A program made the translations under genes and the position numbers. From contig OY970280.1 in NCBI GenBank assembly GCA_963715865.1, positions 1,280,001-1,344,000 of the forward strand: a stretch of 64,000 nt of DNA, given 5' to 3'. Every line of letters starts with the position of its first letter. The first letter of the stretch is position 1. The stretch is from Candidatus Bathyarchaeota archaeon (lineage in GTDB: Archaea > Thermoproteota > Bathyarchaeia > Bathyarchaeales > Bathycorpusculaceae). Shown here in pieces: positions 25,821-37,042 of the stretch. A model generated the notes under the pieces. That model made no database searches. It was not told the origin of the DNA and saw only the letters and a program-made list of their open reading frames with translations.

Positions 25821-28286
25821 TTACGGTTTCTTCCAGCGTTTAAGCATGTTCTCCAGCGTTGGCTTCAGTTTGGCGTTTTCTGCCATTATCTTTTCTTTGC
25901 CAAGTGCCTTCATGTTTGCGTCGATTTCTTTGATGACTTCAGCGTAGTGTATGCCTTCCGCTGCAGAGATGTACTCGACCGTGAATCGTTCGGGGCTCAG
26001 GCCCAGCTTGGTCAACATGCCTTTTAGCGCGTCGGTTCGGGCTTTCATCTTGTAGTTTCCGCTGATATAGTGGCAGTCGTAGGGCAAGTGGCAAGCGCCA
26101 ACCAGCACCATGCCTGCACCAAGTCTGAAAGCCTCAAGGATGAATTCTTTGTCAACTCTGCCGCTGCACATGACACGTATGGCTCGTACGCTGGGTGGGT
26201 ACTCGAATCGGCTTGTGCCTGCTAGGTCTGCTCCAGCGTAACTGCACCAGTTGCAGAGGATGGCTAGGATTTTTTCTTCCGGTTTATCCTCAAGTGCAGC
26301 TCGTATCTGAGCCATAATTTGCGCGTCAGTAAAGTGCATCTGGGTAATCGCATGTTGCGGGCATTCGGCAACGCATGTTCCGCAGCCGTGGCAGTTGGCG
26401 GTATTAATGTTTGCTGCTTTGCCCGGTTCGGCCTTGATAGCGCCGTATGGGCATTTGTCAACGCAGACACCGCATTTGGCTATTTTGTTTCTGCATTTGG
26501 TTTCATCAACTATCGAGATGATTGGTTCAATCTTCCACTTCTGCTTAGAAATAACAGTTGCTGCTCGTGAGGCTGCACCGCTTCCTTGCGAAACGCAGAA
26601 AGGAATGTCTTTCAAGCCTTGGCAAGCGCCAGCGTAGAAGACACCGTCAGTTGGAGCATCCATCGGTTTGAGTTTGGGGTGTGACTCCATGAAGAAACCA
26701 TCTGCACCACGCGACAGGTTCAGTATGCGTGCAATGTCCGCTGAACCCTTCTTAGGTATCGCTGCGGTGGCTAAAACCACCATGTCTGCTTCAACTTCGA
26801 TTGGTTGACCAAGGAGTGAGTCTTCTGAGTGAATGGTTAAATTGTGGGTTGTCGGGTCTTCGTCGATGCGGCTCACGCGTCCGCGGATGAAGTTTACGCC
26901 TCTTTCTCTTGCGCGGTCGTAGAATTCCTCGTAGCCTTTGCCTGGACTGCGTATGTCCATGTAGAAAACGTAGACTTCCACGTCTTCCTTGTACTTCTCT
27001 TTAATCTGAACCACATGTTTGAGCGTGTACATGCAGCAGAAGTTGCTGCAGTATGGGTACTTGTTCTTGTCTCGGCTGCCGACGCATTGGATGAATGCGA
27101 TTCTGTGTGGTTTTTGACCGTCTGATTGCCTGATGACTTTGCCGCCTGTTGGACCAGCAGCCAAAATGAGCCTTTCGAATTCCATGCTTGTGATGACGTT
27201 GGGGTATTTCCCGTAACCCAAAAGCGGCATGTCGTATGGTAAGTAAACATCAAAGCCTGTCGAGACGATTATTGCGCCAACGTCTATTTCGACTTCCTCA
27301 GGCTTCTGGTCGAAATCGATGGCTTGTCTGTCACCGCAAGCATCTACACATTTGAAGCATTCAATGCAATAATCCTTATTAACAGCATAAATCAGCGGCA
27401 CCGTCTGGTCGAACGGGACTGAAATTGCTTTGCGTGTGCCCAAGTTCATGTCCCACTCGTTGGGGTACTCTATTGGGCAAGCATCCTTGCATTCACCGCA
27501 ACCTGTGCAGCGTTCAGGTATGACATAGCGTGGGTTCTTGCGGATTTTTACTTTGAAGTTGCCAATGTAACCATCAGCTTTAACAATTTCGGAGTTAGCG
27601 AAGATTGTGATGTTGGGGTGACGACCGCAATCTACCATTTTTGGTCCTTCAATGCAGATGCTGCAGTCAAGTGTCGGGAAGGTTTTGTCCAGTGCTGCCA
27701 TGTGTCCGCCGATGCTTTGCGTGTTTTCAAGCATGTAGACTTTGAAGTTCATTTCAGCCAGGTCTAAGGCAGCGTTCATGCCTGCGATTCCTCCACCGAT
27801 AATGAGGGCTTTGTTGGTGACTGGCACCTCGATGGTTTGCAGAGGCATCATTAACCGAGCTTTTGCTACTGCCATGCGAACGGCATCTTTTGCTCGTTCT
27901 GTAGCTTCTTGTGGAGTGTTCTGGTGGCACCATGAAGCGAATTCTCGGATGTTAGCCATCTCGAAAAGGAACGGGTTTAAACCTGCTTCTGAAACTGTGC
28001 GCCTGAATGTGGGTTCGTGCATTCTTGGTGAGCAAGCGGCAACGATAACACGGTTGAGTTTCTGCTCGCGGATGGCTTTTCGGATTTCTTCTTGTCCTGG
28101 GTCAGCGCATGTGTAACGGTTTTCTTTGACGTATACGACGTCCGGAATGGTTTTAGCGTACTCGACAACTTGTTTAACGTCTACTGTGCCTGCGATGTTT
28201 AAGCCGCAGTCGCAGACGAAAACGCCGACTCGTAGCTCTTCAGGCTTTGGGGTTTCGGGTTGTTTGGGAGTTTGTGGTGTGCTCAT
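25821..28286 (-). CDS. hdrA: Heterodisulfide reductase subunit A fused to C-terminal MvhD/FlpD domain
   Basis: VFVCDCG, ACSPRMHE, IGGGIAGM, KTFPTLDCSICI, QCVGSRD, CSNFCC, ferredoxin motifs; MvhD CNWCSYAGAD and RVMCSGRV. Confidence 0.95.
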   Translation of the reverse strand: MSTPQTPKQPETPKPEELRVGVFVCDCGLNIAGTVDVKQVVEYAKTIPDVVYVKENRYTCADPGQEEIRKAIREQKLNRVIVAACSPRMHEPTFRRTVSEAGLNPFLFEMANIREFASWCHQNTPQEATERAKDAVRMAVAKARLMMPLQTIEVPVTNKALIIGGGIAGMNAALDLAEMNFKVYMLENTQSIGGHMAALDKTFPTLDCSICIEGPKMVDCGRHPNITIFANSEIVKADGYIGNFKVKIRKNPRYVIPERCTGCGECKDACPIEYPNEWDMNLGTRKAISVPFDQTVPLIYAVNKDYCIECFKCVDACGDRQAIDFDQKPEEVEIDVGAIIVSTGFDVYLPYDMPLLGYGKYPNVITSMEFERLILAAGPTGGKVIRQSDGQKPHRIAFIQCVGSRDKNKYPYCSNFCCMYTLKHVVQIKEKYKEDVEVYVFYMDIRSPGKGYEEFYDRARERGVNFIRGRVSRIDEDPTTHNLTIHSEDSLLGQPIEVEADMVVLATAAIPKKGSADIARILNLSRGADGFFMESHPKLKPMDAPTDGVFYAGACQGLKDIPFCVSQGSGAASRAATVISKQKWKIEPIISIVDETKCRNKIAKCGVCVDKCPYGAIKAEPGKAANINTANCHGCGTCVAECPQHAITQMHFTDAQIMAQIRAALEDKPEEKILAILCNWCSYAGADLAGTSRFEYPPSVRAIRVMCSGRVDKEFILEAFRLGAGMVLVGACHLPYDCHYISGNYKMKARTDALKGMLTKLGLSPERFTVEYISAAEGIHYAEVIKEIDANMKALGKEKIMAENAKLKPTLENMLKRWKKP

Positions 28287-29218
28287 TTCACTGTCTCCTC
28301 TAAAACGAATCTTTTGGAAACTACTTTGCGCCTATTCTCATCAGCTTGGGTTTTTAATTCTTTTACTGCGTCGTGTGGTGAGGTTAGTCTTTCTAATGCT
28401 TTGTTCCATGCGCCTGAGTGGATGGGTGTGTGGTGTATTTTTGTGCGTTTAACTGTTAATGCTTCATCTACTGGGCAAACGTTTTTGCATGCGCCACAGT
28501 AAGTGCAGTATAACTCGTTAACGTGAACTTTCTTGTCTTCGCCAAGCGTTAATGCTCCTGTGATGGGGCAAACGTCTAGGCAGTCTGTGCAGCCTTCAGG
28601 GCATTTCTCCTGATTAATGGCGATTATTCCTTCAAAGGCTTTTTTGACTTTTAATGTGCCTGGACTGCATTTGAATTCGCATACTCTGCAGGTTGGGCAG
28701 TAATCTTTTTGGATGTCAAGGTTGACTTGGACGCGTTTTTTCTGGCTCGGTGATAAGGCTTCTATGTTTTCGACTGGTTTGCCATCATAACCAATTTTAG
28801 AAATTTTTATGAGTGATAGTGGGCATGCGGTTTCGCATTCTACACATTCCTTCTGGCACTGGCGAGTATCGACTTTTATGTCTCGAACTAGTTGCGGGTA
28901 ACTTTCTTTCGCCAAGATAGAAAGGTCATGTGTACCATTCAAGGTAACTTTGATTGCGCCATAAGGACAGGTAACATCGCAGATTCCGCAGAAGTTGCAT
29001 TTTGTCAAGTCAATGTCCACTTTGGCTTTTTTGGCCTTTTCCCCTTGAATTTTAGGTTGCTTTTGTGTTTTTATGGCTTCTTTAGGGCAGGCTAAACTGC
29101 ATATTTGGCAGCCAACACAGCGGTTTTTGTCAAGGGTTAACTTGTAATTTTTAACTTGCAAGACCCATTCTAACGTTAGGGCATCTGCCGCATCTTTCTT
29201 CACGGTTTTTAACGGCAT
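28283..29218 (-). CDS. Polyferredoxin (FwdF-like), translationally coupled to hdrA
   Basis: Six CxxCxxCxxxCP-type motifs; stop overlaps hdrA start. Confidence 0.88.
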   Translation of the reverse strand: MPLKTVKKDAADALTLEWVLQVKNYKLTLDKNRCVGCQICSLACPKEAIKTQKQPKIQGEKAKKAKVDIDLTKCNFCGICDVTCPYGAIKVTLNGTHDLSILAKESYPQLVRDIKVDTRQCQKECVECETACPLSLIKISKIGYDGKPVENIEALSPSQKKRVQVNLDIQKDYCPTCRVCEFKCSPGTLKVKKAFEGIIAINQEKCPEGCTDCLDVCPITGALTLGEDKKVHVNELYCTYCGACKNVCPVDEALTVKRTKIHHTPIHSGAWNKALERLTSPHDAVKELKTQADENRRKVVSKRFVLEETVK

Positions 29219-29474
29219 TTATTTTACCGCCAAGAGGTTTTCATAAGCGTAGTACAAATTGGTCCAACGCCTGACAGGTTAGTTAAAATGATTTCATTGC
29301 AGTGCTTTCGATATAAATATTGCTTGAAAAAACTCATACTTTCAACATAACAAAACCACTATCCAGAGCCTGAAAGAAAACCAAAAATGAGGGCAAACTG
29401 ATGCTCTGTGCAGTCTATAGCTCATCTTGTATGTAGTTACTTTTATGGAATAGGCTCTTGATGCGCTTTTATGT

Positions 29475-30131
29475 TCAGCCTTTAGAGTTTATTGGAGGTT
29501 TGAACCTTTGTTTGTATATGGAAAGGAGTGCTTTTAGAACTGCTATGCTGAAGAGCACAAGGTAAAACAGGTGCGCTATTGCTAGAAAAGGCTCTGTCGT
29601 AAGTAATGGTGCGCTAAATGGGTAGCCGATTGTTGTCGGTAGCAAAACTGTGAAGATAGGGATAATCAATATGAGGTTGGACTTGTTGTTTGTGAAGAAA
29701 ACTTTCCAGTCATTAGTTTTGTATAAGACGACGGTTGCTATGGTGAATAAAGTTAATTCAAGAACTATGTTTATTGGGTTAAAAATGCTGATGTAGTAAG
29801 ACCCTAACTCTTGAAGCCCAAACTGGGTTGTTGATAAAGGCCAAAGCAGTTGCACATGTCCGCCTATGAAGAAGTCCCCTATAAGCGAATGTGAAATTAA
29901 CGCTAGAAAGTAGGGTATCGCTTTTTTGCGATAAACAATAAAGAACGGAATAAAAGCTATAATTGCGACTACCACTGAATGGGATGGGCCTCTGTGAAGT
30001 TGGGCTCCGGTTAACAAATCGAAAATTATGTCTATGTCAGGGATTATGGAAAGAACCAGCAGTAGCGGAATGTTAGGTTTAATTCGCAGCGGCTTTGAGG
30101 AACCTTTACCTAAGAGGTACGCCAATGCCAT
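29475..30131 (-). CDS. Membrane metal-dependent hydrolase (YdjM/DUF457-like); N-terminus probably extends upstream
   Basis: PDID, HRGPSHS, SHSLIGD, LLWP motifs; multi-TM. Confidence 0.85.
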   Translation of the reverse strand: MALAYLLGKGSSKPLRIKPNIPLLLVLSIIPDIDIIFDLLTGAQLHRGPSHSVVVAIIAFIPFFIVYRKKAIPYFLALISHSLIGDFFIGGHVQLLWPLSTTQFGLQELGSYYISIFNPINIVLELTLFTIATVVLYKTNDWKVFFTNNKSNLILIIPIFTVLLPTTIGYPFSAPLLTTEPFLAIAHLFYLVLFSIAVLKALLSIYKQRFKPPINSKG

Positions 30132-30354
30132 GTGCCCGACAGCGAACGAAGCGGTTTTCCTCCTTTAGACCGAGATTTCAGTTTGCTTGGCTATTAAGCG
30201 TATGGGTTTTAATCAATTTAGGTGAACGTCAGCCGCAACTAAAATAGTTGGCAGAATAACTGACGAACACGATTTATGCTAAAAATAGATACAGTTTAGT
30301 TTAGTCTTGACGCTTCTTCCATAATATTTTGCCTTTTATTGAAGGAAACAGCAA

Positions 30355-30579
30355 TCAAAGAATACCCATAATGCGCATGATAACCGCAACGAAAAAGCAT
30401 AAACCGCACCCAATAGCAGCCATCCGTAAAAGATGCCTATCAATGGCAACTCTTGCAGAATACCCAGGCGACGCATATAACAATTCAGAGGTAATAAGAA
30501 GTATTATAGCCGTCACTGCAAGCCATAAAGCAAAGAGTAAACAAGCAAAAGAATTCCTACGGCTAAAAACACCCTGCAA
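30355..30579 (-). CDS. Possible small 2-TM protein
   Basis: 74-aa hydrophobic ORF; no family recognised. Confidence 0.35.
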   Translation of the reverse strand: MQGVFSRRNSFACLLFALWLAVTAIILLITSELLYASPGYSARVAIDRHLLRMAAIGCGLCFFVAVIMRIMGIL

Positions 30580-30727
30580 TCCTTAATGAACCACGACTTT
30601 TTTTACGTACACGTTTCAACCATAAAACCTTCTTCCTTTTTAATGTCACATCAAAAACAAGCTGCTTTGCCTTTTTTGAAATAATAAATGATACGTTGGG
30701 TTTAAGGTTTATGACAAAGCTCAATTG

Positions 30728-32398
30728 CTATGGAGCCAAAACTTTCTTAGCATTATTTTCCTTACACATTTTCCGCATAAATAGCAAAGGAATATCTAAA
30801 ATTTTTGAAACTACGCCCAAGCCGGAAAACATAGCTTTGAAATTATCAATGTCTGCTCGGTTGACAGCACCAAGAAGCGGAGCACTAGCCAAGTAAACCA
30901 CCAAGAAAACGACGAAACCAGTTACCAGCGTAATCCAATAGGCTAAACTGAAAAGATTAATGAACAAATAAGTTACCACGGAAGCAATCGCTGATGAAGC
31001 AAAAATCTTGGCGGAAATGCGAAAGCCAGCTTTAACCCTGTAGTGTTTCCAACTCCAATAAAGTCCCCAGACAACATTGGGTGTACTGGCAATAAGAGTA
31101 CCGAGTATACCGCCAATCACAGCAAAGGATGGCCCACCAATTGAATAGAAGTATGAAACCAAAAAGTACGCAAACGGCAAACCAACGGCGAGAGATAAAA
31201 TGCTTTGTTTCATCACCTGATTTGTTTTTCCAATACCAGTTTGAAAAGTTCCCAAGCTAATATTACCCACTAAAACAAGCAAGTTGACTATGGACGAAAG
31301 CGCCAAAAACATAGGTGCATAAGGAAACTTAGGTTCCGCATTTACAACGAATAAAGACGCCATTATTCCATTTTTAGGAAACAAAGTGTTAATCAACGGA
31401 GTTGAAAGCGTAATCAAAATCATTGTTGCAGGCACCAGAAGCATAGAAGTGTACTTGACTGAAGAAGCAAAAACCATTTTCACGAGTTCAGGCTCCTTTT
31501 CAGGATTTAATTTAGAGAAAACTGGAAACAACGCCGTTGCAACTGGAAAAGAAATGAACGTTAGAAGAACAGAGAAGTAAGCGGCAGCATAATAATTACC
31601 CATCATCCATTTTCCAGCGTAAACTGCCATTGTAAAAGCGAAAACTTGCGGTAACACACCAATCACGATACTTGAAACAGTAAGTGGCAGCCCATAGCTT
31701 AACATTGGCTTTAAAGTTCGCTTGACATCACATGTGCCAACTTTACACTTACGCAATGGCCTGAACAAAGAAAAGTAAACAATGAGTATGGCAACAACGC
31801 TGCCTGCAAGAATTGAACCCATGGCAGCATATACTGCACCCAACACGCCGAAGCCAAGAATAACTAAGAATGGACCAAGAGCAGTCTTAACGATGGCTGA
31901 AAAAATTTGAGTGAAACTGTTAAGTTTCATCCTTTCAAAACCAACAAAGATGCCGCCAGCTGCACCAGAAATGGCGCCTGCAAAAACAGAAAGCGCCATT
32001 ATGGATATGTATACAGAAAGGCTGGCTGCGTCACTAGGGCTAATAATCAAAGCTAATGGTTCAGCAACAGCAAAACAAATCAAAGACAAAATTGTTCCGC
32101 TGATAATCTCAAAAATTACTCCCGAAACAATCACATCATGAATTTCCGAGTCCTTACCCGCAGCCCTTAAGCTGGCTATCTGCTGGGTCATTGCGGAGTT
32201 TATGCCCCAGTCTCTAAAGAAATTGATGATAGATGACGGAATCAGAGCCATTCCGTATAGACCAACATCATTAACTGATAAAAGTGCAGCTAAAACGAGG
32301 GTGCCAATAGCCATTATTACAGTTGATCCGACTACGCCGATTAACAGGTGGTAGCTTCCCGTTGCCGAAGTCTTGCCCATCTCTGCAGCTTTATCCAT
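30728..32398 (-). CDS. Wzx/MOP-family oligosaccharide flippase
   Basis: About 14 TM, DWGINSAMTQ, LSYGLPL, GNYYAA, ALFPVFSK. Confidence 0.9.
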   Translation of the reverse strand: MDKAAEMGKTSATGSYHLLIGVVGSTVIMAIGTLVLAALLSVNDVGLYGMALIPSSIINFFRDWGINSAMTQQIASLRAAGKDSEIHDVIVSGVIFEIISGTILSLICFAVAEPLALIISPSDAASLSVYISIMALSVFAGAISGAAGGIFVGFERMKLNSFTQIFSAIVKTALGPFLVILGFGVLGAVYAAMGSILAGSVVAILIVYFSLFRPLRKCKVGTCDVKRTLKPMLSYGLPLTVSSIVIGVLPQVFAFTMAVYAGKWMMGNYYAAAYFSVLLTFISFPVATALFPVFSKLNPEKEPELVKMVFASSVKYTSMLLVPATMILITLSTPLINTLFPKNGIMASLFVVNAEPKFPYAPMFLALSSIVNLLVLVGNISLGTFQTGIGKTNQVMKQSILSLAVGLPFAYFLVSYFYSIGGPSFAVIGGILGTLIASTPNVVWGLYWSWKHYRVKAGFRISAKIFASSAIASVVTYLFINLFSLAYWITLVTGFVVFLVVYLASAPLLGAVNRADIDNFKAMFSGLGVVSKILDIPLLFMRKMCKENNAKKVLAP

Positions 32399-33694
32399 AT
32401 GGGATCAATACCTGTTCTTTCCACTTTAGAAGAATCTGATTTTTATAGGCTTTGGAAATATTGCCTCCAAATCTCTAAAGCCATTCAGAATAGTTAGACG
32501 CCAGCTTGTCTTTAAAAAACAATCCACAAAAAATATTGCAGTTCGTCAAAATGCGCTTGGTTAAATGAGGAAAATTCCTTTGTAATATTTGGAAAGCAGT
32601 AGATATTGCAACTAAGTGCGTCTCTGCGTTATTTGATTTTCTTTTTGACGGTTCGCTTCCACGTTTCGACCCATTCGGTATTGCTTTCATCCAATGCCTG
32701 TAACTGCTCTGGGTCGTCTGAAGCCCCACAATTGTTTGCAGAATGGGTCTTTTTTGGCAATTCTGTTTTTCCTCTCTCTTCGGTATAGTAACCGCTGGTT
32801 TTGCATATAAGTTTTCTGTATTTGAAGGTTTTGCGACAAAATTAATCTCCAAGAACGTCTTTTCTCGAGATTTTTCAATCGTCGATTGAGAAGTTTATAG
32901 GGTTGCATCACATAAGTCATTGACAGATTTAGTTTCATCAAAGTCAGATGTCGTTAGAAAAAGAACCTTTTCTTTCCGTTCCACGGAAGTGTAATTTGCA
33001 ATCAAGATTTTTTGGTAAATGCGCTTACCAATATGTACAACTATATTTCGGCCATGGCTAAGAAGCTAGAGTTCATTAGGATAGAAAAAATGTTCTGCCA
33101 AAACTTCAACTTCCACTGAGCATATAGCTCAAAAAAGGAATTTAATCTAAATTCGATATCATGCCGAGATTGTTAAACAATTACCTATCAGTATCCTAAG
33201 CAGTTCTGCAATATTTACGGAATTTTCAGGAGAAAGAGTCATCTTAACTCAGCTTGACAACAAATATTAACAAACTTAAGGGCTCCTATTCAGCTAACTG
33301 GAATGGAGACAAAAAAGAATGGAGAGAAGTCGATGTTTGAATGCGCTTGCTAATGCATGCAATTGTTAACTTTGCAAACTTTGCAAACCTTGTTAATTCG
33401 GCTTCGCATGTTTGTTAATAAAATTTGCAAAATGGGTTCGAGCTTTTTTCACAAATACATAAATATGATTCATTCGATACAAATGCTCTAAAAATTCAGG
33501 AAGAGAGAGAGAAAAATGAAAACGCACAACTTAGAGAACATACTAGATTCTATAAACCTCAGAAAGCTTGCAAAACCCTCAGTTCTATGCATCAATGCAC
33601 TATTCATCTTAAGCATGTTGCCAGCGTTGCATACTTCAGGACACACAATACTAGATGCCGACAACAATGGTTTACTTCAGCGAGGGGATAACTA

Positions 33695-35188
33695 GTGAAA
33701 CAAAAAAATATAACAGCAGTAGCTCTATTGGTTTCTCTGATTCTGCTGTCCTCTACATTCATAATCTTTCCTTTGCAGTCTAATAATGTCTATGCTATGC
33801 ATTATCGTTATCGTTGGCCTTCTCTGACTCCTTCACCATCACCTACTCGGACGCCAACACCTACGCCAACACCAACAGCGACTCCAACCCCCGCACCTAC
33901 CCCAACACCAACACCCATATCAACGCCGACACCTGATCCGTCGCCAACACCTACACCAACACCCACACCAACAGCGACTCCAACCCCCGCACCTACCCCA
34001 ACACCGACACCAACTCCAGAACCAACACCCGCACCAACAGCGACTCCAACTCCCGCACCTACTCCAACACCGACACCAACACCTACACCGAGCCCTTCTC
34101 CCACCAACTCGCCCATGTGGCTACACACATCTGGTACAAAGATATACAACGCAAATAACCAAGAAGTAGTTTGGAATGGCATTGACTCAAGAACTCTCTT
34201 AGGGTACTGGCAATATGCAAGTAACGGTCAATTACCAGTAGATTTTAGTGCAAGTGACGTTTCGGTAGTTCGCAGCCACGGCTTGAATTTCATAAGAGTT
34301 TGGGTCGCATTTAACTCCGCTGTTTACGGCGTACCCTACACCGCTGAAACACCAACAAACCTCGTTTACTACCCTGCGTTTTGGACAACCTTGGATAGCA
34401 TAGTGAATGCAGCAGCGCAACAGGGCATGTGGGTTGACATTGACTTTCACCTTAGCGATGGCTGCTGGGCTAACTTGGGCACGAGCAGCTACTGGCCTGC
34501 CGCCAACGGTTTCCCGCAATGGATGTACGATGGTTCATGGAGCTATTTCAACAAAGTTTACACGAATGACGCTGCTGGACGGTCGGATGCTATTCGCGAC
34601 TTCTGGAACACAGGTGACCCAACAGCCGCCAACGTTCGGACAGCATACCAAACCTTCTGGAGAGACATAGCCACAAGATACGCAAATGCACCTAACGTTG
34701 TATTCAGTCTCTTCAATGAACCTATGGCTAAATGGGGCGGTCCTGAACTGTGGACTACCAACGCGGATTGGGCAACTCAGGCTCAAATGTACAGGGACTT
34801 CATGGAGCAAACGATTGACATAATCAGAAATGTAGACGGCGGCACGCATCTTGTCATAGTCAACGAAGCCTACATGTGGGATTATAGCTGGAACCTACAG
34901 ATAAATCGGCCGAACGTTGTCATAGAAAACCATGGATACGGCATATCCAGCAGTACTCTTCAAAGCTACGCACAGCTTGCATGGCGATACAATCAACCTT
35001 TTGAGCTCGGTGAATTCGGCGGAGTTGAGCAGGGTTTACAGACCGAAGCCTCAGCTATTGCAACGATGCAAGCAGCTAACCAACTTGATGTGGGCTGGGT
35101 ATACCTCTATTATAACCCGCCAGCGGCTCCTTCCGCCCAAACCTGGACAGACCTACAAAACAACCTTTGCCCCAACCTCATATACTAA
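33695..35188 (+). CDS. Secreted GH5-family glycoside hydrolase with N-terminal Pro/Thr linker
   Basis: Signal peptide, PT repeats, WLHTSG, FIRV, FNEP (acid/base), ENHGY, GEFGG (nucleophile), GW. Confidence 0.9.
   Translation: MKQKNITAVALLVSLILLSSTFIIFPLQSNNVYAMHYRYRWPSLTPSPSPTRTPTPTPTPTATPTPAPTPTPTPISTPTPDPSPTPTPTPTPTATPTPAPTPTPTPTPEPTPAPTATPTPAPTPTPTPTPTPSPSPTNSPMWLHTSGTKIYNANNQEVVWNGIDSRTLLGYWQYASNGQLPVDFSASDVSVVRSHGLNFIRVWVAFNSAVYGVPYTAETPTNLVYYPAFWTTLDSIVNAAAQQGMWVDIDFHLSDGCWANLGTSSYWPAANGFPQWMYDGSWSYFNKVYTNDAAGRSDAIRDFWNTGDPTAANVRTAYQTFWRDIATRYANAPNVVFSLFNEPMAKWGGPELWTTNADWATQAQMYRDFMEQTIDIIRNVDGGTHLVIVNEAYMWDYSWNLQINRPNVVIENHGYGISSSTLQSYAQLAWRYNQPFELGEFGGVEQGLQTEASAIATMQAANQLDVGWVYLYYNPPAAPSAQTWTDLQNNLCPNLIY
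33830..34105 (+). repeat. Coding Pro/Thr repeat with a 39-bp unit repeated three times
   Basis: ACCAACAGCGACTCCAACCCCCGCACCTACCCCAACACC at 33871 and 33967, with 2 changes at 34033. Confidence 0.9.
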
Positions 35189-35191
35189 ATT

Positions 35192-35230
35192 GGCCTGCAC
35201 TCTTTAGCAGGACCATTTTTTTCTGTTTTT
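35192..35230 (+). terminator. Hairpin plus T-run after GH5 copy 1
   Basis: CCTGC/GCAGG stem then TTTTTTTCTGTTTTT; duplicated after copy 2. Confidence 0.55.
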
Positions 35231-35794
35231 GTAAGAAGGTCATTTTCTGTCTCCCTGGTAATCGTTTAAACAAAGCCGAGTTAAAGCGTAGCTAAAAAAG
35301 GCGATGCCAATCCGGTCTTGAGCCGTTCCAATTTTGATTATTCTTGTCTGTCTATTAGTTGCGCCTTTGACAAGGATATTTCAACGAATTTCACGAATTT
35401 TTTCTCTGAAGCGAAATCTTTTCCTTAAGAGAACACAGCGTTTCCCTTTCATCTTCTCTCGAGTGCAATATTCGAATGCCTTCAGTTAACTGCGCAATGA
35501 ATGAAAGAGAAAAAGGCACTAATACGTCAAGGCATACGCAGCGGAGTTATTACGTGCTTAGCCTAACAGCTTAGCCAACTTGCTCTGCAACGTCGATCAT
35601 GTTGGCCGGCGAAAAATGTCCTGTTGTTCTTCGCTGAACAGCTTCAGAAATGTTTATTTTATTCATACGATAAATTATTAGTGATAAGAGCGATGCACAG
35701 ATAGGCTGTTTCTATATCCAGCAAGTTCAAAGCTACAGTCATTAGGCGTCATTTTGGTAAGCCGACAAGCACTGAAAATAGGGAGCAGAAAACA

Positions 35795-37039
35795 ATGATA
35801 TCGCATAACCTTAAGACTGCTGTAATTGCAGTTTTGCTTATTGCTGTTTTTGCCACAGGTATCTTTGCTCCTTTAATCATAAATACGCTTCTAACTCAGT
35901 CAACATCAATCTTGAATATCGGTTCGGGTGCGGACGATTTTTCAGGCAGCACACTCATGTGGCTACATACTAATGGAACAAGAATATATGATGCAAACGA
36001 TCAAGAGGTAGTTTGGAATGGCATTAATAGTAAAAGTTTGTTCGGATATTGGATTTATCCACCATCGGAGGAATTTCTAAGCACAAACGATATTTCCGAT
36101 ATTTCTATAATTCGGAGTTACGGACTAAATTTCATCCGGGTTTGGATAAGCCTAAGCCAAGCCGTTTACGGCGTACCCTACACCGCTGAAACACCAACAA
36201 ACCTCACATACTATCCACAATTTTTTACACTCATCGACGAACTCGTTAACGCAGCAGCGAAACACGGCATGTGGATCGACTTAGATTTTCATCTCAGCGA
36301 TGAAACATGGTCTAACATCGGCGGGTTCTGGGGCGACGGTTCAGGCTTCCCCGCATGGATGTACGATGGTTCATGGAGCTACTTCAACAAAGTTTACACG
36401 AATGACGCTGCTGGACGGTCGGATGCTATTCGCGACTTCTGGAACACAAGCGACCCCACAGCCGCCAACGTACGTACTTGGTACCAAACCTTCTGGAAAG
36501 ACATAGCTACTAGATACGCAAATGCACCTAACGTTGTATTCAGCCTCTTCAATGAACCTATGAATAAATGGGGCGGTCCTGAACTTTGGACTAATGACGC
36601 GGACTGGGCAACTGCTATGCAGGTGTATCAGCAATTCATGCAACAAACCATTGACATAATCAGGAACTTGGACGGCGGTACACATCTTATCATCATCAAC
36701 GAAGCATATGCTTGGGATTTCAGCTGGAACCTGCAGATAAACCGTCCAAACATTGTCATAGAAAACCATGGATACTGGAACGACAACAGCACCAACATTT
36801 ACAATGATGTTCAAAACTACGCGCAGCTTGCGTGGCGGTACAATCAGCCCTTTGAGCTGGGGGAATTCGGGGGTATTGAACAGGGTTTGCAGACTGAAGC
36901 TTCAGCCATCTATACAATGCAGGCAGCTAACCAACTTGATGTCGGCTGGGCATACCTCTATTATTACCCACCGACGATGCCTTCCGCGCAAACTTGGACA
37001 GACTTACAAAACAACCTCCGCTCCAACCTCATATACTAA
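35795..37039 (+). CDS. Membrane-anchored GH5-family glycoside hydrolase (tandem paralogue)
   Basis: N-terminal TM, same FIRV/FNEP/ENHGY/GEFGG motifs; long near-identical tracts with copy 1. Confidence 0.9.
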   Translation: MISHNLKTAVIAVLLIAVFATGIFAPLIINTLLTQSTSILNIGSGADDFSGSTLMWLHTNGTRIYDANDQEVVWNGINSKSLFGYWIYPPSEEFLSTNDISDISIIRSYGLNFIRVWISLSQAVYGVPYTAETPTNLTYYPQFFTLIDELVNAAAKHGMWIDLDFHLSDETWSNIGGFWGDGSGFPAWMYDGSWSYFNKVYTNDAAGRSDAIRDFWNTSDPTAANVRTWYQTFWKDIATRYANAPNVVFSLFNEPMNKWGGPELWTNDADWATAMQVYQQFMQQTIDIIRNLDGGTHLIIINEAYAWDFSWNLQINRPNIVIENHGYWNDNSTNIYNDVQNYAQLAWRYNQPFELGEFGGIEQGLQTEASAIYTMQAANQLDVGWAYLYYYPPTMPSAQTWTDLQNNLRSNLIY

Positions 37040-37042
37040 AAT

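Noticed and set aside
33830-34105. Repeated 39-bp units as a CRISPR array
   Set aside because: In-frame Pro/Thr linker of a GH5 gene; spacers are also PT codons; no cas genes
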